The position numbers were made by a program, and so were the translations under genes. 64,000 nucleotides of DNA from Penicillus capitatus (Eukaryota; Plantae; Chlorophyta), in NCBI GenBank assembly GCA_965649825.1, contig OZ287696.1, forward strand, positions 1,584,081 to 1,648,080, in the 5' to 3' direction. The notes beneath the pieces were generated by a model. That model was not told the DNA's origin and did no database searches. It saw only the letters and a list, made by a program, of their open reading frames with translations. Of this stretch, positions 40,834 to 50,610 are shown piece by piece. Numbering within the stretch: position 1 is the stretch's first letter; every line of letters begins with the position of its first letter.

Positions 40834-42657
40834 ATGGTTTCGGAGCCGCGAACCTCGAAGATTGACCTGGACGTTTTTACGTCCCTTCTCAGCTCAGCGG
40901 CCTTGGTTGAGGACGAGTATCGTCCGAGGATCAAGTATGTGGTCCAACGCCTGGAACCGAGATCGCCGGCATTCGAACTTTTCCGGCAAGTAATTGAGGG
41001 CCTGGAGCCTCACTTTGCGACTTCGGCAGCCTTCGACGCCGCGTTCGCTGGGCAGGACGACGCCCACCCTGCAGCTGTGCGTGCTATATTTCCACACGGC
41101 CACGTGGTGCGGAATGCCGGAAGCTACTGGAGGGTAGCTCGAGAAATGGTCATAGCCGCCTGTCCGGATCCAAGCCTCTCAGCCGAAGAGAAGCTGAATA
41201 AAATCTCGAAATCCAAGACGGAAAATTGGGGAGATTTTGTCGATAGGTATTTCGCAGCATGCACGGTGTCCACCGCTTCCAGAGAGAACCAGGTGAAGAC
41301 ACTTTACAAGAAGCTGCCAATACACCTGAAGCGACTAATCATGCAGCTCCCACCAACGTCAACCCCGGCGGACATCAGAGGGTTGATACGTAATGTTAGT
41401 TTCTGGGAGTCTGGAATCCCAGCGAAAATTGAAATGGATGAGGACGCGATGGACATTGACCTGGGAATCGTGCAGGCCAATGTTGCTACAGACGGACGTG
41501 TCATTGGGAGAGATGGGGCAATTAATTTTTCCGCCATTACAAATGCAGGAAGGGTAATGGTTGGGGCTCGGGAAATTTGCAAGACCTCAAGGAGGGAAGC
41601 ACAAAACATGCTTAGATTCCTTCAAAGGATCTGCAGTGGGCAAGAACAGCCGGCCAACCAACGAAGGATGGCGAACAAGCCGAATAGATGGGGGGGAAGA
41701 CGGGCTTTTGTGGCCGCCGAAGAAGGAATGCCAGAAGGGAGTGGAGAGCACATATGTGAGACGCTGAGTGAGGAAGGCCAAGAGGATGCCGAACAGGACT
41801 TGGCAAGGACCTACGCGGCACAGACAACGGGCAAGGAGAGAGAGCGAAAAAGGGTGATGAAACTTGGACTGGTTTCACAGAGCCACCTTGGATACCCCAG
41901 GAGGATCGACGCTCTAGTAGATACGGGGGCTGAGTCATCAATCATGTCTCTTGCTCTGGCGAAAGAGTTGGGTGTCAAGATCACGCCAAACAAGACACAA
42001 TTGCTCCTCGCCCATGGGAAGACGGCGCAAGTGACAGGTGAATGCAACATAGAGGTGTCCATCGAGAAGGCGACACACCCAGCATTCACGTTGAACTGTT
42101 TGGTTCTGCCGAACCCGGGATACGACCTGCTCATGGGTATAGACGCAATGACGAAAAACCAAATATCAGCTCACCCACACAACAGATCGGTGAGCATCAG
42201 GGGACGCAACATCAAGTGCCTGTTCGCTGGACCCAAGCTAGACAAGGAAGTCCAGAACGGAATAATCAAGGGGGAAGATGTTGGCAGGCTTACGGAACGG
42301 GTGGATCACCTTCCAGCAGTAAAGGGAAACAGGATCCAAGTGCCGCTCAACCGATCCATAGTTTTGGGACCCAACGAGACCCGTATGGTTAAGACGCCAA
42401 TCATCATTCCAAGAGGGATGGTGCACCAACGCACACCAGTGGTTGCACCCCATTTTTCTGTGCACCTGGGGGTACAGTATGAGACGTTTTCTACCTTGAC
42501 CCTGACCAACCATCGAAAGGAACCCGTCCGCATCACAGGGAAGACGACCATCTTTGAAATCCCGGCACGAGCCGGAGAAATTCTGACGATTCGGGACTGT
42601 AACGGACAGCAGAGACAACTGCGTGGGAACAAGCAGTCTTTTCCCAGACGGCAGTAG
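40834..42657 (+). CDS. Gag-protease ORF with a dUTPase-like tail
   Basis: Gag core KTENWGDFVDRYF..VKTLYKKLP, aspartic protease ALVDTGAESS...YDLLMGID, then SIVLGPNETRMVKTPI...LTNHRKEPVRITGKTTI. Confidence 0.9.
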   Translation: MVSEPRTSKIDLDVFTSLLSSAALVEDEYRPRIKYVVQRLEPRSPAFELFRQVIEGLEPHFATSAAFDAAFAGQDDAHPAAVRAIFPHGHVVRNAGSYWRVAREMVIAACPDPSLSAEEKLNKISKSKTENWGDFVDRYFAACTVSTASRENQVKTLYKKLPIHLKRLIMQLPPTSTPADIRGLIRNVSFWESGIPAKIEMDEDAMDIDLGIVQANVATDGRVIGRDGAINFSAITNAGRVMVGAREICKTSRREAQNMLRFLQRICSGQEQPANQRRMANKPNRWGGRRAFVAAEEGMPEGSGEHICETLSEEGQEDAEQDLARTYAAQTTGKERERKRVMKLGLVSQSHLGYPRRIDALVDTGAESSIMSLALAKELGVKITPNKTQLLLAHGKTAQVTGECNIEVSIEKATHPAFTLNCLVLPNPGYDLLMGIDAMTKNQISAHPHNRSVSIRGRNIKCLFAGPKLDKEVQNGIIKGEDVGRLTERVDHLPAVKGNRIQVPLNRSIVLGPNETRMVKTPIIIPRGMVHQRTPVVAPHFSVHLGVQYETFSTLTLTNHRKEPVRITGKTTIFEIPARAGEILTIRDCNGQQRQLRGNKQSFPRRQ

Positions 42658-45437
42658 ACCAGCAGTCAGGGCTACTGTCGAGAAATCAGAAAACTGACTG
42701 CCGTAGTATGGAACGACTGCTGACGAGATTCCCAGACGTCATCCGTGAAGGAATTGGGCGCTTCTTGGGATGGGAAGTCAGCGTTGCGGACGTACAAGGG
42801 CAGATCCATTCCGTCTCGACCAAGGTCCCCTACACATTCTCCGCAGAGACAGCAGCGTGTAGGAAAGAGGTAGACCAATTAATCGAAGCGGGAGTTATAC
42901 GAAGATTCCACGGGAAGCCAAAGCACGTGATCCCCTGGTTTTCCGTCGCAAAGAAAGACTCGCTCGAGAGGCGGGTGGTGCTCGATTTCAGAGGGCTGAA
43001 CACACTTACTACGAGAAGACCCGCCCTACCAATGCATCGGGAAGGGGCAGTCCAAGGTTTGTCTGGAATGTCGGTGTTCGCAAAATTCGACTTTAGACAC
43101 GGGTTTTATCAAATCCCGCTGGCAGACGAGCTACAGCAATATTTCGTGACAGTATTTGACAAGCGGCCGTACGCGTTTACACGGCTGCCCATGGGATGGG
43201 TAAATTCCATGGCCCTTTTCGATCTGGCCGTACAGACGACGATTGCAGAAGTACGAGATCGACTGAGGGAACAAGGGATCAAGGCAGCAGTTGAAAGCTA
43301 TGCTGATGACGTCTGCGTCGGCGCAATGACGAATGAAGATCTGGCAGCCGCAGTGGAACAGCTGATGTTGGCATACAGGCGGAATGGGTGGACAGCATCC
43401 CCAAAGAAATGTAGGTATGGGGAGCAAGAGATCGAATTCCTTGGCTACCGCTTCACTCAGAAGGGAGTGCTGCCACCAAAGGGAACTCTGCAACAACTGT
43501 TGGCTGCATCGCCACCCCAGAACAAGACTGAAGTCCGCTCTTTTCTCGGGCTCCTTCGCACGATACTCAGTTATTGCCGCAGCAACATCCGCAGTCTGGC
43601 AGCCCTGCAGAAGCTATCTCAAGCAGACACGGCAAGCATACAGCGTTACTGGAAAGAAGACCCATCCCGATGGACAACCATCATTCGCTCGCTCAGACAG
43701 GTCTGGTACAATCGACCAGATACATCCGGACACGCCATGGATCTCTACGTCGACGCAAGTAGAGATGGATTTGGGTATGCTTTGTTTGATAGGGAGACCA
43801 GGAGGCTAATAAGAATGGGGGCTGGAGGATTCCAGCGTGACAAATTCCAATCGAGCGGGAAGGCAGAGCTCCTAGGCATGGAGAGATCTCTCAAAGAAGT
43901 CAGACACTTAATCCTGGGAAAGCAACTGACAGTATTCACTGATGCCACTGTGGTCAAGCAAGCGAGCGACACCAAGGATCAGAGCTTCCTTGTCCAGAGA
44001 CACCTGGACACTCTCAATTTGGTCGCAGGACGCGTCAAGCACGTGGACGGAGTGGCTAACGTGATCGCGGACCTCCTCAGTCGAAGTCCGTGGTGGAGAG
44101 CCACCCTGGAGCAAGAAAAGCCAACCGTAGCAGCCCTCCAAGCACCCACTGACACTGGACACTGGCCAGATTGGTACACGCAAATGAAGGAATATCTACG
44201 CAGCGGGCGCTGCCCAGAAAACGCCACACCACAGCAAAGGGCACGCCTGAAGCACAGAAGCAAGTACTTTCGCCTTCGCTCAGACAAGCTTGAATACTCA
44301 GCCGACGAGCTGACCTGGGTGCCATGCTGCCTCGACAGGAGAGAAGTGGACCAGTGGCTCCAACAAGCACACGAGCAGAGTGGGCACTATGGAATACACA
44401 CGACAACTCAGAAGCTCCAGCAATTGGTTTACTTTCCCGACGCACCTGCGCGTGTCCGGCACTGGGTCCAGAGCTGCCCGCAGTGCCAACAGTTTGCCCG
44501 CCACGACGCACCGGTTGCCCAGTCTTTCAACACCTGGCAACAACTCAATCAGTGCGTCGGGCTGGATGTAGTCGGGCCCCTCAAGGCCGACGGCACATAC
44601 AAATACATCATTGCAGCGGTGGACCTCTGTACCAGGTTCTGCCTCCTCTCTGCGACATCCACTGCCACAGCTGGCACCATTATCCGGCTCCTGGAACGCT
44701 GGGTATCTCTCTTTGGCAACCCTGACAGCCTACAGACAGACAACGCGCCTGCTTTTGTCGGAAATCAACTCTCCGCTTGGATGTCCGCACGCGGTATCAA
44801 ACGACGCAGTATTCCGGCATACCGCCCACAATGCAACGGCACGGTAGAACGGCTCAACCAGGAGGTCATCCGCCGCCTCCAACGCCTCCCCACACAAGGA
44901 AAATGGGCCAGATTTATCCCAGAAGTCCAAGCATTACTGAACGCCCATCCAAATGCGGTCACTCATCTCAGCGCCGCTCAAACCGCATTTGGGTATCAGC
45001 CACGCCTTCACTCTGCCCCGCCCGCCTCCCCTCTGCCGTCAGCCCCCATTGATCCCCCTCCCATACCGCATCGAGACACCCTGGCACTTCGCTGGACCAC
45101 CATTGATGCACACATGACTCATCAGCACCGACTACGCGCTACCAGGCCCCACCAAGACACTCTCTTCGAGCCCGGTCAGCTGGTGCTTCTCTTTGATCAT
45201 CAACTTCACCAGACGCATGGCAACAAGTTGGCCCCTCAATGGCTCGGGCCATACCGCGTTCAAAAACGATACTCTTCACAATTGTACTACCTCACCTCTG
45301 ACTCCCGCCCAAAGCCATTCCTAACTCATCGGGATCACCTCAGATCCTTCTATTCTCGGAGTCAAGCGCAGGGAAGCGATTGTCATTACCAAGAACCCGA
45401 AGAAGGAAGAAGCAAAGAAGATGACATCATGACATGA
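42603..45437 (+). CDS. Pol ORF (RT, RNase H, integrase with GPY/F) in the -1 frame; stop lies inside the 3' LTR
   Basis: RVVLDFRGLN, RLPMGWVNS, YADD, YVDAS..AELLGM..VFTDA, HEQSGH..CPQC, GLDVVG..QTDNA..NGTVERLN, WLGPYRV. Frame is open from 42603 (after TAA 42600). Confidence 0.95.
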   Translation, partial: RTAETTAWEQAVFSQTAVDQQSGLLSRNQKTDCRSMERLLTRFPDVIREGIGRFLGWEVSVADVQGQIHSVSTKVPYTFSAETAACRKEVDQLIEAGVIRRFHGKPKHVIPWFSVAKKDSLERRVVLDFRGLNTLTTRRPALPMHREGAVQGLSGMSVFAKFDFRHGFYQIPLADELQQYFVTVFDKRPYAFTRLPMGWVNSMALFDLAVQTTIAEVRDRLREQGIKAAVESYADDVCVGAMTNEDLAAAVEQLMLAYRRNGWTASPKKCRYGEQEIEFLGYRFTQKGVLPPKGTLQQLLAASPPQNKTEVRSFLGLLRTILSYCRSNIRSLAALQKLSQADTASIQRYWKEDPSRWTTIIRSLRQVWYNRPDTSGHAMDLYVDASRDGFGYALFDRETRRLIRMGAGGFQRDKFQSSGKAELLGMERSLKEVRHLILGKQLTVFTDATVVKQASDTKDQSFLVQRHLDTLNLVAGRVKHVDGVANVIADLLSRSPWWRATLEQEKPTVAALQAPTDTGHWPDWYTQMKEYLRSGRCPENATPQQRARLKHRSKYFRLRSDKLEYSADELTWVPCCLDRREVDQWLQQAHEQSGHYGIHTTTQKLQQLVYFPDAPARVRHWVQSCPQCQQFARHDAPVAQSFNTWQQLNQCVGLDVVGPLKADGTYKYIIAAVDLCTRFCLLSATSTATAGTIIRLLERWVSLFGNPDSLQTDNAPAFVGNQLSAWMSARGIKRRSIPAYRPQCNGTVERLNQEVIRRLQRLPTQGKWARFIPEVQALLNAHPNAVTHLSAAQTAFGYQPRLHSAPPASPLPSAPIDPPPIPHRDTLALRWTTIDAHMTHQHRLRATRPHQDTLFEPGQLVLLFDHQLHQTHGNKLAPQWLGPYRVQKRYSSQLYYLTSDSRPKPFLTHRDHLRSFYSRSQAQGSDCHYQEPEEGRSKEDDIMT

Positions 45438-46051
45438 AGCATGACGCAATCATGACGTCATGCTAGGGTATAAAATGGGGGTAAAGCACGATCGATGTCT
45501 GTTCAAAAAACAGTATCACTTTGTTAAAACAACGCTTACGCTTTCATACGCCTCGCTCGTTCTACGAATACGTTTTACGACATCACACTGACAAGAACGA
45601 TGAAGATACGAAGAGCAGCCATCGCGGAGAAATTCAGAAAAGACGTTAATCTCCTCGAGAGAAGGCTCCGCTAACCGTCTGCCGGGAAAGGCAGGATGCC
45701 TTGCCTCTATGAGTTTGCATCCTTCCGCTTCAAATCCTACGCCGCATCGGGGTGGGTATGTATCGCCTGTAGACCCAAAGAATGATCATGTAAAGTGCCG
45801 GAGTGTTATTTGCCGCCTTTCTGTGCGATGTGTGATAAAGTCTGCCTTATCCCTTCGACGGAAGTGGAGGTGGCAGTTGATTAAAACGCACAAACACAGT
45901 ATCTTTCGTTCTACAGTGTGTCGATGTTTGCACAGTCAACTGGCCAGCCACCCATCAAAATCCAAGAAAAGAAACGCAATAGACATGTCCAGATTCAGTT
46001 GATGGTGGGTGTCCTGAAATAAGGATCCCAAAGTGATAAATACGTAAAACT

Positions 46052-46582
46052 TCAGTTCGGCTTTATTCCTACGAGAGCAGGTCGAGTGGTCATCATCGGA
46101 ATGCTAGGTGCCATCGACGGTCCGTTGCTCACAGGAATACCACCAGTCACTCCTACCGACATAAGAGGTTCTTCGATGCGTGGATTGCCGGTCACTATCG
46201 CCGACAATTGCGGCGCTTCGTCTTTGCGGCAGTTACCAAAACAGCAACACGAGGCAAAAGTCGCAATGAGAAGGGCCCACCAAGCAAGCCAGAACAGCGT
46301 AGAGAAAATAGCAGCAGCTCTTGTCATCTCTACTCTCTCTTCACAGTACCAGTTTTCGCCTATGGACCAATGTTTTTCGCAGTAGCATCTGTGGTCTCCG
46401 CATAAGTCGGCGTCAACTCGACAGCATTCAAAGGAACTGCATTCACAGTCGACATGTTCCTTCTGACCGATGACCGATGTAATACACATCAGACCATACA
46501 TCACCGCCGTAGCGGCGGACAGCAAAATAGAAATTTTTGGAACGGCGCAGCAGCGACAACACTTTTGGCAAAAGTCGTCCAT
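46052..46582 (-). CDS. Cys-rich two-TM protein, paralog C
   Basis: MDDFCQKCCRCCAVPKISILL..8-Cys loop..SCCCFG. An extra in-frame ATG at 46666 comes from the solo LTR. Confidence 0.8.
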   Translation of the reverse strand: MDDFCQKCCRCCAVPKISILLSAATAVMYGLMCITSVIGQKEHVDCECSSFECCRVDADLCGDHRCYCEKHWSIGENWYCEERVEMTRAAAIFSTLFWLAWWALLIATFASCCCFGNCRKDEAPQLSAIVTGNPRIEEPLMSVGVTGGIPVSNGPSMAPSIPMMTTRPALVGIKPN

Positions 46583-46605
46583 TGTAACGCGAACGAACAG
46601 AATAG

Positions 46606-46786
46606 TGATACAGCGGGTTTTTCGTGAGAGCGTGAAAATCGTAAACGTGTTAAAAGGAACTGTCATTTGACCAAAAATACCCTTTTTATATGCCAGCTTG
46701 CATGACGCGAAACCTCACGTCATGTTGACGTCATGCGATGCCTCGCTGGCAGCTTGAATGTAATTTCTCCCTTCAGTTCTACCACA
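46606..46786 (-). mobile_element. Solo LTR (181 bp) inserted 23 bp upstream of paralog C start codon
   Basis: TG..CA ends and 4-bp TSD ATAG (46602-46605, 46787-46790); absent from paralog D (56307-56315). Carries ATGACGTCA and TATAAAAAGGG like the 207-bp LTR. Confidence 0.9.
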
Positions 46787-47105
46787 ATAGTCCTCTTTTT
46801 CCTTCGACCACTTGTTAGTAGATTTGCGGATAAATCGCAGTCAGTCCTGAGGTGACGTGGTTTATCGACTTCTGATTAGCTGCAGGTAAAGGGATTCGAC
46901 AAATGAAGGAAATTCGGCTAGAACTTGAAACAGCGCAGTGGCAGCGATCGCGTTTTCTTAGAAGAGGACGCAGAAGACCGACCTCGCGACTCGATGTTAT
47001 CGGGGATGGAGTCTCGCATGCAATACGTGCGTCCATCGTACGGTGCGTACGTGCTGCATCACAAGAACTGTTTTACCAAGTGTGAAGGTCATTGCTGAAA
47101 CACAC

Positions 47106-50100
47106 TGACATGGGCAAGTACGTGACGGTGGTAGACGCAATAAAGTTTCTTACAAAGATCATCAATGTGACAATAATCCTCCTTTTATAGTGTTGGGTTG
47201 CATAGGTTCTGAGTAGGTTGTGGGTAGGTTCTGATGTGACGTGGCCATTAAGAGCTGTTTGGCCATCGGTGCCTCTTACGATGATGAGGCATTTATTGGA
47301 CCATCATCCTTCAGCTCTTCGTCATCATGACAATCGCTTCCCTGCGCTGAACTCCGATTGAAAAAACGTCGTAGATGATCGCGATGTGCGAGAAAGGGTT
47401 TCTTGGAAGAAGAAGAAACGAAACGGTAAAGTTAGGAAGAAAATGTATCGTGAATCGTCTACGGTCCGAGCCACTGCGGAGGAAGCTAGTTGCCGTGCGT
47501 CTGTGTCGCACATTTGTTGTGGGACGCTTGTTGTCACGTCAAAGGGGTTTTTTGTGCTGTGAAAGGGTCTGTTTCTCTGGCTCTGCATGCGAGTTGAGTC
47601 AACTGTCTAGAAAGTCGTGTCACCGCACGCATACTTAATGGCGAATCTGAACCATTCAGGACCCTTGCTCCGAACACTGTAAGTCTTCCGCTGTTAAGTT
47701 CGTTCAAACGCGGCGCCTCCGCGCGACAGTCTGCGCGTGTTGATTGTCAAAGAGCAGCACCAGGGAGCCGACTAGGATGTCGGAGCAACGGTGAGAGTGG
47801 GACAGTTGTTGGTGTGGTTGCTGGTGCTGCATCTGGTGATCGATGGCGGTCCAACGAGTTGCAAGAAGAGCGCGGTGAAAGTGAGTGGCGCGGGAATGAA
47901 GTGCGTGCGAGGTTGAGAACCGAAAGCGGTCTGTGCGGCGCTGAGTTTGGTCACCGAGTTCGGAAGCGCGTTTAGCAGTGCCTGAATCTGGGGAAGAGCT
48001 GATGTCCATTTGCCTTGAGTTTTGAAGGCGTTGTGGACGGCGGATGACGCCTCGGCTGAGACGCTCGGAGGTCCCTATGCATTGTGATCACGGGATGGTG
48101 CGGCGTTGAATTCCTCGGGCCGACATCCAATTGGATAACTGATTACTTACGAGCGCTGAATCGTTGTCTGTCTGAAGACACTCGGGGTTGCCGAAGAGGG
48201 CTGTCCAGCGCTCGAGCAGTTTGATGATGGATGTCGCTTTGGCTTGCGAGGATGCCGAGAGGAGACAGAATCGTGTGCAGAGGTTCACTGCGGCGATGAT
48301 ATAGTTTGAGGAGCTGTCAGGCTTCATGGGGTCGATGACGTCCATGCCTACGCACTGCTTCATAGGTTGCCACGTATTGAATGACTGCGCGACGGGCGAA
48401 TCGTGGCAAGCAAAGTGTTGGCACTGGGGGCTGGCGTCATCGGGATATCGACCTGTCTTCAGATAGTTTTCCATCTGCAGGTACCACACTGGCCAGCAGT
48501 TGTGGTGTGCGGTGGCCGCAAGCGCGGGAGCTTCGGTCGTCGTTGGTCCTTTCCTGCAGAGAGGTTGAGGGCGTCTAGATGACACTGCACGAGGAAGCTC
48601 TGCTCGCTGCTTCCACTCGCTTGTTTGACAACGGTGGCGTCAGTGAAGATGGCGAGATGTTTGCCCATGAGCAGGTGCCTGTTTCTTGAGCGCCTCTTTC
48701 ATTCCGAGTAGCTCAGCGTTGCCACTGGATCGGAACGGTTCACGTTGGAATCCGCCAGCTCGAAGGCGAAGGAGACGTTTAGAGTCTGTGTCGAACAACG
48801 CGTACCCAAAGCCATCCTAGCGTCGACATACAGGTCGACATAACGGCCAGCTGCGTCAGACCGGTGATCACCAGATGCGGTTGAGAGAGCGGAGGAGGGT
48901 GGCCCAGCGGTTGGGATCCTCCGCCCAGTATCGTTGGATGACTTTGGTATTGGCGTTCGTGAGGTTCGACAGGGCCGCTAAGCTGCGGCGGTCGTACTTG
49001 CAAGAGTTCAGCAACGTGCGAAAGAGACCCGAAAACGAACGGACTGGGGTCTTCGTTTGAGGCTGCGCTGCAATGAGCGACTGCTGCAGCGGGGCCGCTA
49101 AGCTGCGGCGGAGGTCGCACTTGCAATAGTCCAGCAAGGTGCAAAGGAGTCCCGAAAACGATCGGACTGCAGTCTTCGTTGATGCGGCGCTGCAGTGGGC
49201 AACTGCTGTAGCGTGCTTTGGGGGGCAAAACGCCTTCGGGCGTGAAGCGGTGTCCGAGGAGCTCGACCTCGTTAACACCGTCCTGGCACTTCTTCGGAGA
49301 TGCCGTCCACCTGTATTTGTCATAGACCGTCAGCAGTTGGAGAACTGCTCTCTCGAGATCTTCTTGTGTCCGTGCTCCTACGCAGACGTCGTCGGCATAG
49401 CTCTCGATTGCCGTTCGAGTCTTCTGCTGCTTCAACTGGTCTCGTGCTTCCGCTATGGTTTCTTGAACATCTTGGTCGAAGAAAGCCATTGAGTTGATCC
49501 AACCCATCGGAAGCCGTGTGAAGGCGTAGGGCTTTCGGTCAGACACGGTGACGAAATCCGGCTGGAGGCCATGTGCCAGAGGTATCTGCTAGAATCCGTG
49601 TCGGAAATCAAACTGCGCATAATGGCGCATCCCGGACAGGTTCTGAACTGCGCCTTCTCGATGCATGGGCAGCGCGGGACTCCTTGTGGTCAGCGTGTTG
49701 AGTCCGCGAAAGTCTAGCTCCACTCGCCGCTCGAGCGAGTTCTTCTTCGGAACAGAAAACCAGGGGATGATGTGCTTCGGTTTTCCGTGAAATCGGCTGA
49801 CGACTCCGGCTTCGGTGAGTGCGTCGATCTCGTTTCTGCATGCCGTCGTTTCAGCAGCGACGTGTAGGGAACTTTGGTAAAGACCGAATGTAGTTGCCCT
49901 TGTACGTCGCGGATGCCGACCCCCCATCCCGAAAAACGTCCAATTTTTCACAAAGTACGTTTGGGAATCGGGCCAGCAGCTGTTCAAGACTGCAGCAGCC
50001 AATTTTAGGCTTCGGCGACAGTATGCCTGACTGCAAGCGTACTGCCGTTTGGGAAAAGGTGGTGTTGGAAATGAAGTGTCCTTTCCGTCGTTCGAAGCCG

Positions 50101-50610
50101 TCGGAAGCGGTTCGGTGTTATAATAACCACCATGGCGCGCTGACCATCAGCTGCGACGGGTGTTAACCTCCGGGCCAACTTCCTCATAACAATAGAGAGG
50201 TGGTTTTCGAACGTGCCTTGAAGTTCACGACAGTTAGTGCTAAGGTTAGGAAACTCGTAACCATTGTGGGTATTTAAGACCGATATTCCCGTTGTAAATA
50301 ATCTCGAGTTCCTGTGCTATCGTTTGAGTGTTCATTCGCGTCGTCGTTCGTGCGTTTTCGACTCGGCACTTCTGCGATTCGTTACATCGATCCCGATAGG
50401 TGGTCTGTTGCTTCTCAACGGATGTGGGTTTCCGTTGCAATCGCACGCGGTATACTCGACGTCTTGTCTTGCGGGCACGTCCAAGATCGTCGTTCTTCCA
50501 GTTATCTTCACTGGTTCCGCGGCATGGTTGGCGAGCGTTGAGAACGCGTGGTACTGCACACCGAGGTGTACCGAGAATCGCGGTGCCACGGTAGGAACCC
50601 TCTTGTACAC
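47106..50610 (-). mobile_element. Decayed Ty3/gypsy relative: 3' LTR 47106-47332, PPT, integrase/RNase H/RT remnants and Gag-PR tail
   Basis: PPT GCGCAGGGAAGCGAT identical to the intact element; remnants RVELDFRGLN, RLPMGWINS, YADD, LQTDND. Frameshifts, a ~120-bp tandem duplication (48972-49212) and deletion of the integrase zinc-finger region. Confidence 0.9.
50063..50398. mobile_element. 336-bp insertion, probable solo LTR of another (copia-like) family, nested in the decayed gypsy
   Basis: Starts TGTTGG, ends CCGATA, flanked by GGTGG (50058-50062, 50399-50403). Removing it restores alignment to 42625-42650 of the intact element. Confidence 0.6.

Larger units (their letters stand above)
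40625..45587 (+). mobile_element. Full-length, apparently intact Ty3/gypsy LTR retrotransposon (4,963 bp)
   Basis: 207-bp TG..CA LTRs (40625-40831, 45381-45587), identical by eye. 4-bp TSD CTGA confirmed by the empty site at 33283. PBS 40835-40846, PPT 45366-45380, order PR-RT-RH-IN. Confidence 0.97.

Noticed and set aside
45150-45437. Chromodomain at the integrase C-terminus
   Set aside because: The ORF ends shortly after the GPY/F motif with no aromatic-cage pattern.
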